In this document: piece after piece, positions 55,520 to 64,000 of the stretch
Layout: each line of letters begins with the position of its first letter
How positions within the stretch are numbered: position 1 is the first letter of the stretch
Source: Escherichia coli O157:H7
GTDB lineage: Bacteria > Pseudomonadota > Gammaproteobacteria > Enterobacterales > Enterobacteriaceae
Assembly: GCF_013167455.1 (NCBI RefSeq)
Contig: NZ_CP038328.1
Length of the DNA: 64,000 nucleotides
Direction: 5' to 3' (one strand)
Notes under the pieces: model-generated
The model's database searches: none
Told to the model about the DNA's origin: nothing
Seen by the model: only the letters and a program-made list of their open reading frames with translations
Translations under genes and position numbers: made by a program

Positions 55520-56272
55520 TCATCTCGTCACTTTCCTCAATTGTGTCTCAGCATACGCTTCTTCCTGCCAGCACTTTGTAACCAGTTTATCAATGACATC
55601 TGCATATCCTTTGTACCACTGATAATCCGTCAGGTCTGGTACCAGCTTCTGGACATGAAGCCGCGCCAGTGTGGTTGGTAAACGGCTAAACCGGTTTCCA
55701 TTGCAACGCCCACAAACCTTATAAACAGGCGTGCCATGAAGCCTGGTTCTTTTTTCATCCAGGACAATACCTTTACCCTTACACCCTCTGCACGCTGTGC
55801 TGACTTCTCCCTTACCATGACAATGCTGACACAGTTCCTTCACCCACTCTTCCTTGATAACAGATTCCCCGCTTCTGGAGTGTTTCACCACCTCGCGCAA
55901 TACATCATGAAATCCAGTACCAGCACAATGCTCACAGCGAGCCTTACTTGCCGCAGACCTGGAATAATCAGCAAAGGCAAAATTCACAAGGTAAGGAATG
56001 ATCTGTAGCCGGGTTTCTTCACTCAATTTGTTCAATGTCGGGTTATCCAGTGCCATCGCGTAATTGAGCAGACCTTCAATCGCAAACTGAGGATCCTGAA
56101 CACCAACTTTTGCCAGGAATAAGGCAAACCCAAGCGGTGCTTTCGACTGCACCATCCCCTGCGCAGCCATTACATCCGTAATTGTTAAACCACCAGAGCC
56201 TGTCGCCGGTGCGTCATCGCTCAATTTTGGAGATTTTGGGGAGTAATATTTCGGTAAGGCTTCAAAGTTCAT
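55520..56272 (-). CDS. Q: Late antiterminator Q
   Basis: 250 aa; Cys-rich zinc-binding region (CEHCAGTG…CQHCHGKG…CRGCKGKG…CGRCNG); position before tR' and lysis genes. Confidence 0.75.
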   Translation of the reverse strand: MNFEALPKYYSPKSPKLSDDAPATGSGGLTITDVMAAQGMVQSKAPLGFALFLAKVGVQDPQFAIEGLLNYAMALDNPTLNKLSEETRLQIIPYLVNFAFADYSRSAASKARCEHCAGTGFHDVLREVVKHSRSGESVIKEEWVKELCQHCHGKGEVSTACRGCKGKGIVLDEKRTRLHGTPVYKVCGRCNGNRFSRLPTTLARLHVQKLVPDLTDYQWYKGYADVIDKLVTKCWQEEAYAETQLRKVTR

Positions 56273-56285
56273 GCTCGTTCTCCAC

Positions 56286-57281
56286 TTACGCCAGTACGCC
56301 TATTGCCAGCGCACGATCGATAAAACGAAATATCAGCTCCAGCTGGGAGCCATACTTCTCTTCAAATGCCACGGTATCCGCATGCAGCTCGTCGTGATGC
56401 TTTCTGCACAAAGGCAACACAAAGAGGTCATGCGCTTTTGTACCCATTCCTCCCTGACCGTGACCTATCAGGTGGTGGGGATCATCAGCAGGCTTTCCAC
56501 AACATGCACACGGCTGTGTCTTAACCCAGCGCGTGTACTTTTCATTAACCCAGCGGCGACGTTTTGGGCGTAACATAAAAGACTCCGGCGACTCAGGATC
56601 CACTTTCAGCGCCAGCACCTTTTTCGCTTTATCCTGGATGATGCTGGTGGCAGGAACCGAAGGCACAAGGTCACTTTCCCGGGTAACAGACGGCACAACA
56701 GGCTTCGGTAATCTAAGTGCCTTACGGGCTGCACTTTCCGGTAAGGCATCCGCCAGGTCATTACGAATCAGCCACCAGCACAGTTCCGGCATTGTCACAA
56801 CGTGACTGTCATCAAAACCGAGATCCCGACGCACAACAGACAACACCCAGCGGGCACAGTTATCCGTTGCCATTGATTCCAGCCGTTCCGTGAACTGATC
56901 GCGCAGCTGGTTATCGCAGTGCCAGCACAGACGGATTGCGCCCGGAGCGTGTCGCATTGTGGTCATGTTCTCGCTGTGCCAGTCGGAATGAGGCCACTGG
57001 CAGCCTTTTTCACGAAGTAACCAGCTTTCAAGACATTCCACGCCACCAGCACGACGGATCACTGCCTCATTGCGGAACACGGCCCGAACGGCAGGATCAT
57101 CCGCCAGCGGTTGTGATGCCGCCGGAACGGCACCACTGGCGAAAGATGAATAACGTTCCGGCTCAGGCTCCAGCAGGACACGCCCCTGCATAAACAGGGG
57201 CATCAGCTCTGAACCTGGCCTGAACAATACGATCCCCATACGCGGGGCAATTTCAGGAGTCAGTAGTGCTCTCACGGTCAC
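56286..57281 (-). CDS. DUF968-family phage protein (YdfU-like)
   Basis: 331 aa; C-terminal Cys/His cluster (CACCGKPADDPHHL…CRKHH); lambdoid Nin-region position. Confidence 0.55.
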   Translation of the reverse strand: MTVRALLTPEIAPRMGIVLFRPGSELMPLFMQGRVLLEPEPERYSSFASGAVPAASQPLADDPAVRAVFRNEAVIRRAGGVECLESWLLREKGCQWPHSDWHSENMTTMRHAPGAIRLCWHCDNQLRDQFTERLESMATDNCARWVLSVVRRDLGFDDSHVVTMPELCWWLIRNDLADALPESAARKALRLPKPVVPSVTRESDLVPSVPATSIIQDKAKKVLALKVDPESPESFMLRPKRRRWVNEKYTRWVKTQPCACCGKPADDPHHLIGHGQGGMGTKAHDLFVLPLCRKHHDELHADTVAFEEKYGSQLELIFRFIDRALAIGVLA

Positions 57282-57282
57282 C

Positions 57283-58092
57283 TCAATGAACGGTATCGAG
57301 CAGCTTTAACAGCTCAGGGAATCGGGATTCGAAGAAATGCGGCTGCGTCTCGCGCGGATTTGCGGGACTGGTGATGTTCTTGCCGAACATGCAGCCTTTC
57401 GCTGTCAGCGACCAGAATTTTTTGATGTTGTTAATCGCAGTGCGGCTGTATCGTTCACGTTGTTCAACGATCCCCAGCTTCGCCATCTGGTGATATGCCT
57501 GATTAGCTGTCAGGCGGATACCATACTGCTTCAGCAGTGCACTCAATGATAGCGTGGGGCGGCTTGAGCCATCAGGCGCGTCAGCAGGAGCATCAATGGC
57601 ATAGCGCGGTGCCAGATTCGGTAAGCCAACAGCCTCCTGGAGTTTCTGACAGGCACCAAGCACTGAAGAGTTAGACAGGTTTAACTCCCGGCGCATAAAG
57701 TCCAGCAGGATCACGCCAGCCTGCATCTTGTCAGCAGCCTGTCCGGATAATTTTTCCGGTGCGCTGGTTACCATATCGAAAGTACGGATCACCTTCAGAT
57801 GGAATGACGGGCTGATCCACATTGCATAGGCATACACCAGTTCCTTGCAGACATACGTTCCCCGTTCATTTCCCCCATGAATCACACTCACCGGGTCAAC
57901 ACCCAAATTCTGGGTGTTGGTCAATTCATGAACAAGCTCAACAGTTTGTTGGCTGGAAAGAAACTTTCCCGGCTCCTTGGTTCTGGCATTTGCACCAGAT
58001 GCTACTGCTGCGCGATGCAGATCGTTCAGGCTGTAACGCCCATAAGCATCACGACGAACTTCAATACCATCAATGACCATCAGATTATTCAT
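57283..58092 (-). CDS. KilA-N domain protein
   Basis: N-terminus MVIDGIEVRRDAYGRYSLNDLHRAAV typical of KilA-N/APSES. Confidence 0.6.
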   Translation of the reverse strand: MNNLMVIDGIEVRRDAYGRYSLNDLHRAAVASGANARTKEPGKFLSSQQTVELVHELTNTQNLGVDPVSVIHGGNERGTYVCKELVYAYAMWISPSFHLKVIRTFDMVTSAPEKLSGQAADKMQAGVILLDFMRRELNLSNSSVLGACQKLQEAVGLPNLAPRYAIDAPADAPDGSSRPTLSLSALLKQYGIRLTANQAYHQMAKLGIVEQRERYSRTAINNIKKFWSLTAKGCMFGKNITSPANPRETQPHFFESRFPELLKLLDTVH

Positions 58093-58111
58093 ACTTCGTT
58101 TCTCCTCTTAA

Positions 58112-58501
58112 TCAGGCGGCTGCACCCGCCGTTTTCTCGTACTTACTGATAGTGATCTCGACCTTCCCTTCCGGGATAACCGGTCCCCACTCCACCAGCA
58201 TTCTTTTCACCTGACTGTCGTCTTCCCACACACCCGCGTGGGTCAGGGCGTCAAACAGCGCCTTGTTATAGTTGTCCAGATCGCGGATCCGGTTATCCGG
58301 AGGAAACAACACGATCTCCACTGAAGCAGGTGCCGACGTTGGTTTCGGCAGACGACGTAACTGCTCAACTATTGCTGCGCACGCCGCGCTCTGGAATTTT
58401 CGCCCCGCCGCGCTTATCAGGCTCTTACCAGCAAACGCCCCTTTGTTGGGGTGTCGCCAGTACGTGTTCACGCTGGGCGGAAAAGGCAGGATCAGCTTCA
58501 T
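58112..58501 (-). CDS. rusA: RusA-like Holliday junction resolvase
   Basis: MKLILPFPPSVNTYW… characteristic RusA N-terminus; 129 aa. Confidence 0.8.
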   Translation of the reverse strand: MKLILPFPPSVNTYWRHPNKGAFAGKSLISAAGRKFQSAACAAIVEQLRRLPKPTSAPASVEIVLFPPDNRIRDLDNYNKALFDALTHAGVWEDDSQVKRMLVEWGPVIPEGKVEITISKYEKTAGAAA

Positions 58502-58824
58502 ACTTTCAGGTCCCTCTCATGTAACCAGTGGGTTGCACGCAGCCTTGCGTTTTCCTCACCGGCAAGCAGTGCGCGGATAATCCCGACCGCCTCGCTGTCG
58601 TCGTCCTTCACCGCGGTATGAAGCGTTATCCCCCGGGCCACGCCACGCTTTATCGTGATGACGCCTTTTTTCTCCAGTGCGCGAAGATGCTCCACCGCTG
58701 CATTCACTGAACGGTATCCCAGCATGGTTGCCACCTCCTGATTGGTTGGCGGGAAGCCACGTTCTTTCTGATAAGAAATCAGCATATCCAGCACCTGCTG
58801 CTGGCATTGAGTTAACGTCGTCAT
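58498..58824 (-). CDS. LexA-N-terminal-like winged-helix DNA-binding protein
   Basis: LTQCQQQVLDMLISYQKERGFPPTNQEVATMLGYRSVNAAVEHLRALEKKGVI resembles the LexA DNA-binding domain; no peptidase domain. Confidence 0.5.
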   Translation of the reverse strand: MTTLTQCQQQVLDMLISYQKERGFPPTNQEVATMLGYRSVNAAVEHLRALEKKGVITIKRGVARGITLHTAVKDDDSEAVGIIRALLAGEENARLRATHWLHERDLKV

Positions 58825-59474
58825 GCCGCCATCTCCCTGACCAGTTTTTCTGCCTGCTGGCGAACCTGCGCCAGAAAGGCCTCACCACATGCCTCAAGTT
58901 CATAGCGCCCGATGTAGCTGATTGCCGGTCCCTTCCAGGTCTTGTCGAAAACAGCAATAGCACCAGCGAAGAAAGCGCCTGTCGGCACCTGCTTCTCATC
59001 CTTCGGGATAAACCAGGCAGGCAGTTCAAAACCAATACGCCCGCGAATAAAAGCAATATGATCTGCATCTTCCGGCCACCACACTTCGCTGGTGGCAGCT
59101 TTGATCAGGAAAACATAGCGCCCGCCTTTATCACGCATGGCACTGGCATGCTTCATGATGTAACGCATGCCGGTGATGTATTGCCCCTCATGCTGACTGG
59201 CGCGGCTGTATGGGGGATTACCAAAGGCAGCACCTTTAAGCTCCGCAAGACGTTCTGACCAGTCATGCGCCAGCGCGTTGTCTTCCGCAGTGTAATAAGC
59301 GGCACATTTGGCGTTATCACCGTCAGTGAACAGATCCAGAACAAACGGGCCAAACAGGGTGTTAATTCCCCAGAAAATGTTGTCCGGCGTGCGCCACTGA
59401 TCGCCCACTTCCTTCAGTTCATGGGCTGGTTTGTTCCGCAGCTCCACCAGCGCCTGGCAATATTTATTACTCAT
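58821..59474 (-). CDS. Phage N6-adenine DNA methyltransferase (Dam-like)
   Basis: NPPY catalytic motif (AAFGNPPYSRA); ORF open to 59507, ATG at 59474 preferred. Confidence 0.7.
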   Translation of the reverse strand: MSNKYCQALVELRNKPAHELKEVGDQWRTPDNIFWGINTLFGPFVLDLFTDGDNAKCAAYYTAEDNALAHDWSERLAELKGAAFGNPPYSRASQHEGQYITGMRYIMKHASAMRDKGGRYVFLIKAATSEVWWPEDADHIAFIRGRIGFELPAWFIPKDEKQVPTGAFFAGAIAVFDKTWKGPAISYIGRYELEACGEAFLAQVRQQAEKLVREMAA

Positions 59475-59968
59475 TAAGCCCCCACGTAATTCCCTGACAG
59501 ATACCACTCTTCACCCGATACAGCGCGCTTGCTGCTTTTCCGTAAGCACCGCTCACGACGCGCCAGAAAATTGTTTCGTTCTGGCTGGGAGTGGCTTTCA
59601 CGGAATGCCGCCATCCACACCGTTGCAGCACGACGGTATAAGCCCCTGGACTCCAGTTCTTCAGCCTGGCGGGTCAGGCACAAAATCACCCGGGGATCGT
59701 TAGTGCCGACATAGAAATTGCGCACAGGTCTGGTTTCACGAACTGGTTGTGGTTCCGGCTCCTGCGCTCTCTCAGTCAGGCGCGGGAAATGTCTGCGTGT
59801 ATCCCCTTCACAACGGTGAGCCACACGCCCACTCTGACGTAACTTGCTTGCAGACTGCAGAACGCGCTGCCGTGAGTAACCTGCAAAAGCATCCGCAATG
59901 TCTCCGGAAGTACAGCCCGGATGGGCTTCAATGAATTTCTGAACGTCATTCAAAAGACTCATGCTCAC
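59474..59968 (-). CDS. Hypothetical phage protein
   Basis: 164 aa, basic, between replication and methylase genes. Confidence 0.35.
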   Translation of the reverse strand: MSMSLLNDVQKFIEAHPGCTSGDIADAFAGYSRQRVLQSASKLRQSGRVAHRCEGDTRRHFPRLTERAQEPEPQPVRETRPVRNFYVGTNDPRVILCLTRQAEELESRGLYRRAATVWMAAFRESHSQPERNNFLARRERCLRKSSKRAVSGEEWYLSGNYVGA

Positions 59969-60906
59969 CCCCTGAATCCTGCCGGGATCTGGCTGTAGTC
60001 CACGTTGTCGTAACTGGCTTTGAAGTACGGGTCCTCGCGTTTTTCGGTGTACGTGCTGACGGACGGCGATAAGCGCAGGGAAAGCTCATCCCATTTTTCC
60101 CGCAGCTTCGACGGGCTGAGCACGTTACGGCACCAGAACGGATCGCGACTGACGCGGCTGTACATCTCGCAGATTTGTTTATGAGTACGACCATCCTGCA
60201 CACACATCAGGCGAATTTCGTTTGCCCAGGCTGTCCAGTTCGGTTCTTTGGGACGAACCACCTCGCCGTCACATTCGGCGGCATGCTCGTACAGGGCGAT
60301 GATTTTTTTCCAGAGCCACTGTGCACAGGTCAAATCATCCTGCGTCCCCCACTGGCGCTTTTTAGGGCTGAATACAACCGCATCAGGATGGCGAGTTAAA
60401 AAATCCTGTTCATCCGTCTGCGTGTCCGGTTGCGAAGCGTCCGGACGAGAAGGTTTTTTATCTGACGGATCATGTTTTGATTTTACTGACGGATCCCCGC
60501 CAGATTCTGACGGGTGAAAACCCGCTTTTTTGCCAGATTTCGACGCATCAAATTTTGACGGGTCAGATTTTGATGCGTCAGATTTTGACGGGTCAGAATC
60601 TGACAGTTGAGAAAATGCCGCTGCCTGAAGCTTCGCAACGTTAAGCTGATAAACATTCGACGCATTGCGGTTACCCTGGCGACGCGCCTTACGCGTTAAC
60701 CAGCCTTCTGCTTCCAGCCGTGCGATAGCCGTTCTGACGGTGCTCATCCCCGCGCCAATCTGGCGGGCAATGGTTTCAATTGATGGCCAGCACACACCTT
60801 CGTCATTACTGAAATCAGCCAGGCGGGCCATAATTGCCACGCTGGATAACTTCATGCCTGACGCAGCGCAACCATCCCATACATAGCCGGTTAATTTAGT
60901 GCTCAT
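59965..60906 (-). CDS. Replication initiation protein (lambda O-like, iterons embedded)
   Basis: N-terminal winged-helix region, internal repetitive SKSD/ASKS linker encoded by DNA iterons, C-terminal domain. Confidence 0.6.
   Translation of the reverse strand: MSTKLTGYVWDGCAASGMKLSSVAIMARLADFSNDEGVCWPSIETIARQIGAGMSTVRTAIARLEAEGWLTRKARRQGNRNASNVYQLNVAKLQAAAFSQLSDSDPSKSDASKSDPSKFDASKSGKKAGFHPSESGGDPSVKSKHDPSDKKPSRPDASQPDTQTDEQDFLTRHPDAVVFSPKKRQWGTQDDLTCAQWLWKKIIALYEHAAECDGEVVRPKEPNWTAWANEIRLMCVQDGRTHKQICEMYSRVSRDPFWCRNVLSPSKLREKWDELSLRLSPSVSTYTEKREDPYFKASYDNVDYSQIPAGFRG
60450..60610 (+). repeat. Iteron array (putative phage replication origin) inside the replication gene
   Basis: About eight tandem copies of TGACGG(A/G)TCA-like units (e.g. 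GATTTTGACGGGTCAGATTTTGATGCGTCAGATTTTGACGGGTCAGAATCTGACAG). Confidence 0.55.
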
Positions 60907-60915
60907 GACCGACCT

Positions 60916-61254
60916 CTATTTCCCTGAATTTACGACGAAACTGTTCGAGCGGGCTGAAGCACTCATGCTCATAGCCTTCGCGGAGGTAGATAACCCGTTG
61001 TGTTTCCGGTTCCCAACGAATGACTCTGACGGGCACTCCGTAGTGATCTTTGAACCAGCGGTTAACTTGTCGCAAAGGACTGTCTCCTTTTGCCTGTTGA
61101 AATCACCCACAGCCCACTCTGCAAAGCTGTGGGTTACAATTTCCCTGTCACCTGGTACATTCACTGCATAGCAATACTCCACCTTCGCTTTTCCACCCGG
61201 TACAGGAAGTGCAATCAGTTGCGAGCGACGGTAGTGTGTTGTTAAACTGTTCAT
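60916..61254 (-). CDS. Hypothetical phage early protein
   Basis: 112-aa ORF between cII-position gene and replication gene; no motif. Confidence 0.3.
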   Translation of the reverse strand: MNSLTTHYRRSQLIALPVPGGKAKVEYCYAVNVPGDREIVTHSFAEWAVGDFNRQKETVLCDKLTAGSKITTECPSESFVGNRKHNGLSTSAKAMSMSASARSNSFVVNSGK

Positions 61255-61802
61255 GCGTTAGTTTCTCCACAGTCACGACACGCCACGGCGCCCGGAGCTG
61301 CACACTCGCGGGCGTCATTACTTTCTGAAATGCAAAAAATTTTGTAGACCAGTGCTGCATGCTCCTGCAGCTTCGAAATTGAGAGGTACAGCTCGTCGTT
61401 AATTGCTGTCTTCTCATGCGGTTCCACTACACCGTCTTCAATTGCTGAACGAATCTGTTTTGAATAACTGCCGATCTGTTCAATGACCTCCAGCAGGCGT
61501 TGGTTGATATCGGCGTTGTCCACATCCTCGACATCAGGAAGAGACACAAAGACGCCATTTGCAGACTGCGCCACAGCGTCAGCAATGAAGTGAGTTCCAC
61601 CAGCACGTTGCAAAATCATTGCCCATCCCAGCGGGAAAATCTGATCGCCATCGGCACGAAGGCGGTTAAATAATGCGTTCTCTGTTACATCCAGCCAGTC
61701 AGCAGCTTCAGCGTACCCCCCCGGCAACGCTGCGATAGTTTTTCTGACAGCTTTCACGTACCACTCAGGCTGTTTTTCTACTTTCCAGTGATGCTTACCC
61801 AC
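61251..61802 (-). CDS. Phage early regulatory protein (cII-position; YdaT/CII-like?)
   Basis: 183 aa directly downstream of cro-like gene with start/stop overlap. Confidence 0.35.
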   Translation of the reverse strand: MGKHHWKVEKQPEWYVKAVRKTIAALPGGYAEAADWLDVTENALFNRLRADGDQIFPLGWAMILQRAGGTHFIADAVAQSANGVFVSLPDVEDVDNADINQRLLEVIEQIGSYSKQIRSAIEDGVVEPHEKTAINDELYLSISKLQEHAALVYKIFCISESNDARECAAPGAVACRDCGETNA

Positions 61803-62055
61803 GGTTCACCTCCTGTTCCTGTGGTTTAAACCCATTCTGGTTTTGGCTAGATTGAAAACGTGCCGGATAAAGAATCTGCATTTCGCTGACTTCACCCTTA
61901 AAAAAATTGGCTAAACGTTCTGCAAGCTCGATAGATGGAATCTGCTCCAGCCTCTCAATACGACTCAACGTCGCTGGATTGACTTGAACACCCGCAGCAA
62001 CATGCTGCAAAGTGAAACCATGCGCCTTACGCACATTTCGTAATGGTGATTGCAT
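61795..62055 (-). CDS. cro: Cro-like HTH regulator
   Basis: HTH (HGFTLQHVAAGVQVNPATLSRIERLEQIPSIELAERLANFF); divergent from cI across an operator-rich spacer. Confidence 0.6.
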   Translation of the reverse strand: MQSPLRNVRKAHGFTLQHVAAGVQVNPATLSRIERLEQIPSIELAERLANFFKGEVSEMQILYPARFQSSQNQNGFKPQEQEVNRG

Positions 62056-62152
62056 ACGCCCTCCAAATATTGCGCGTTATGCATGTTATTTCACGCAATT
62101 ATTTTGCGCAAGTTGATTTGCTTATCACGCAATAAAGAAATGTAATAAACGC
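62056..62152 (+). promoter_or_regulatory. cI/cro divergent promoter-operator region (OR-like)
   Basis: Repeated CACGCAA / TTGCGCA half-sites including palindrome TTGCGCAA and two TCACGCAAT copies. Confidence 0.5.
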
Positions 62153-62845
62153 ATGAACATAGGAAACCGAGTCAGACAACTTCGCCAAGCGAAGAACATG
62201 AAAATCGCCGATCTCGCTGAAGCGATAGGAGTAGATGCGGCGAACATCTCGCGCTTAGAAACGGGTAAGCAAAAACAATTTACCGAACAAACACTGAGTA
62301 ATATTGCCAAGAGCTTAGGTGTTGATATTGCTGATCTCTTTACCTCTGCCCACAAAAGTAATACTGTATATAAAAACAGTAATAATGAGGATGTTGCGCA
62401 GGTGAAGGATGTGTTCCGTATTGAAATGCTGGATATCAGTGCCAGTGCGGGAAATGGCCTTATCCAGGGCGGTGATGTCATTGATGTGATTCATGCCATC
62501 GAATACAGAACTGATAATGCTGTATCAATGTTCGGCGGACGACCAGCCAATCACATCAAAGTTATCAACGTTCGTGGGGACAGTATGTGTCCAACCATTG
62601 AGCCAGGAGATCTCATCTTCGTTGATGTCAGCATCAATCAGTTTGATGGTGATGGTATATATGTCTTTGGTTTTGATGACAAAATATACGTTAAAAGACT
62701 TCAAATGATTCCTGACAAACTGCTGGTGATTTCTGATAACCAGATTTACCGTGAATGGGGAATTACTAGCGAAAACGAACACCGATTCATGGTCTTTGGA
62801 AAGGTCTTAATCAGTCAGTCGCAAACCCTTAAGAGACATAATTAA
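62153..62845 (+). CDS. cI: CI-like prophage repressor (HTH + S24 LexA-like peptidase domain)
   Basis: N-terminal HTH (VRQLRQAKNMKIADLAEAIGVDAANISRLETGKQ); C-terminal S24 motifs (VRGDSMCPTIEPGDLIFVD … VKRL). Confidence 0.85.
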   Translation: MNIGNRVRQLRQAKNMKIADLAEAIGVDAANISRLETGKQKQFTEQTLSNIAKSLGVDIADLFTSAHKSNTVYKNSNNEDVAQVKDVFRIEMLDISASAGNGLIQGGDVIDVIHAIEYRTDNAVSMFGGRPANHIKVINVRGDSMCPTIEPGDLIFVDVSINQFDGDGIYVFGFDDKIYVKRLQMIPDKLLVISDNQIYREWGITSENEHRFMVFGKVLISQSQTLKRHN

Positions 62846-62863
62846 CCTCAATATCCCATCCAT

Positions 62864-62887
62864 CGGCCACCGAAAGGTGGCTTTTTA
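62864..62887 (+). terminator. Rho-independent terminator after cI
   Basis: GGCCACCGAAAGGTGGC followed by TTTTT. Confidence 0.6.
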
Positions 62888-62899
62888 TTACCTATAAAT

Positions 62900-62936
62900 T
62901 TGCATATCTCGCAAATACCACTTGCATATCTCGCAA
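62900..62936 (+). promoter_or_regulatory. Two direct repeats of TTGCATATCTCGCAA (candidate OL operators / PL promoter)
   Basis: Identical 15-mers at 62900-62914 and 62922-62936; second gives TTGCAT -35 with 17-nt spacer to TATCTT. Confidence 0.4.
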
Positions 62937-63122
62937 TTTAATTTTATCTTTTATTCCAGACCAACTACAGGATTACAACAAAATCTGGTTGCAACACGGT
63001 GCATGTGTCGTAAGCAGTCAGTAAATGTCAAAAACGAACAGGCAGGACGCCCACGAAGTAGCCGCCTGGGGCATATGAAGTCCAGGATGATTCGTTGAGT
63101 CATGTTGTGCCACTAGGCACTC

Positions 63123-63419
63123 ATGTTAAAGCAGGTGTATGAAATGAAAGTCCAGATTTTAAACAATAACTGTGAAGTCGTTTGGTCATACGACATAGCC
63201 GCCCCTGTAGATCAGAGCGGCGATAGCTGGACCAATGGGAAACATCAGATTATGGCTGGAGTTGTGTTCTCTTTACGCCGTGCTTTAGAACAGGCTGAAG
63301 TCTTTCCATCAGACCCTGAATGGAAATGGCCTTTTTCTATTTGTCCAAATTCGGAGAGTACATTTCAGAAAATTGGTCAGAAAGTCGCACTCGAAGAGCA
63401 TCAGCCAACTGTTTCCTGA
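63123..63419 (+). CDS. Hypothetical phage early-left protein
   Basis: 98-aa ORF downstream of the PL-like promoter. Confidence 0.3.
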   Translation: MLKQVYEMKVQILNNNCEVVWSYDIAAPVDQSGDSWTNGKHQIMAGVVFSLRRALEQAEVFPSDPEWKWPFSICPNSESTFQKIGQKVALEEHQPTVS

Positions 63420-63582
63420 TTTTTTCAGGTAACTCGTCGGCATCGCAGAAACAACAACGCTCGATCATGTTGAAAGCCGATTCGTAGAACTGTTTTTGCT
63501 GAGTGTCGCTGAGACAGGAAAAGAGCGACGTTACGATGATTTTATTAATTGCATTATCAAGTTCTTTTTCATCAAAAGTCAT
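63337..63582 (-). CDS. Hypothetical small acidic phage protein
   Basis: 81-aa ORF; partly overlaps the opposite-strand ORF, so at most one may be real over the overlap. Confidence 0.3.
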   Translation of the reverse strand: MTFDEKELDNAINKIIVTSLFSCLSDTQQKQFYESAFNMIERCCFCDADELPEKIRKQLADALRVRLSDQFSEMYSPNLDK

Positions 63583-63837
63583 TTGATTTTCCTTTTATGT
63601 ATACGGGCTTAAAAGGATACCACCGAGCCTGAAGTGGTGAAAAGACAGGCACATAACAGCTAAGTATTTTCAACCAGAGAGAATCCTTAGCGTTGTGGTG
63701 AATGCGGCTCAGCGCACGCGGGTTAAGGTTGAGGCTGACAGTCGACCTTCTGTGGATACCCACCCGCCTGGTGTGCAACCTTCGCCAGGCACCGGGAGGC
63801 ACCCGGCACCACAACTTTATGCTGTGTGTAGTCTTAG

Positions 63838-63885
63838 CGGTACCAGCTTGTACCCTTGCTTCCGGCTGGTACCGTCCTTTTTACA
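63838..63885 (+). terminator. Putative rho-independent terminator / structured RNA element
   Basis: CGGTACCAGC … GCTGGTACCG arms followed by TCCTTTTT. Confidence 0.35.
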
Positions 63886-64000
63886 AAACAGAGAAGAGCA
63901 TCACCGGACGACGGGCTCATAACCCAATCCATCCGGGCGGCTGCCACCGCAGGTGTTCTTCTCTGTTTTGTGGAGAAACTAACCGCCCCTACGGGGGCAT

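Larger units (their letters stand above)
31677..64000 (-). mobile_element. Mosaic prophage (lambdoid regulation/replication/lysis, HK97-like head, Mu-like contractile tail, invertible tail fibre); continues beyond window end
   Basis: Contiguous co-oriented modules from cI/cro to tail fibre and invertase; integrase and far att not in window. Confidence 0.8.

Noticed and set aside
60450-60610. Possible CRISPR array
   Set aside because: Short tandem repeats without unique spacers, lying in frame inside a replication gene; these are origin iterons

Overview
Enterobacterial (Escherichia-like) chromosome segment in four parts. (1) 1-8.9 kb is conserved core: the 3' end of the common-pilus operon (ecpD partial, ecpE), ykgJ, yagU and the periplasmic aldehyde oxidoreductase operon paoABCD. 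(2) 9.1-15.5 kb is an accessory metabolic block: MFS transporter, secreted alpha/beta hydrolase, two LysR regulators, an SDR oxidoreductase and a small DUF1471-like protein. (3) 15.59-28.52 kb is a P4-like satellite prophage bounded by direct repeats of a tRNA-Thr (thrW-like) 3' end; it carries alpha primase, AlpA, Sid/Psu-like genes, Ogr/Delta and a P4-type integrase. Its psu/delta-to-integrase hotspot (23.85-27.02 kb) holds a very AT-rich six-ORF cargo locus: an Mrr-like PD-(D/E)xK nuclease motif, two unknown proteins, and an SMC/ABC-like ATPase split over three ORFs by an in-frame stop and a frameshift. This is the best candidate for a novel, possibly partly degraded, anti-phage system; a second orphan AT-rich gene sits at the other end of the satellite (16.1-17.1 kb). 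(4) After a 5'-truncated IS2-like element, an AraC regulator and a GIY-YIG protein, a large prophage runs from 31.68 kb to the window end. It has a Pin/Gin-type invertible tail-fibre segment, Mu-like contractile tail and baseplate, HK97-like head, lambdoid lysis cassette with bor, Q antiterminator, replication module with iterons, and a cI/cro immunity region. All identifications rest on motif reading and recalled synteny; no database search was run.
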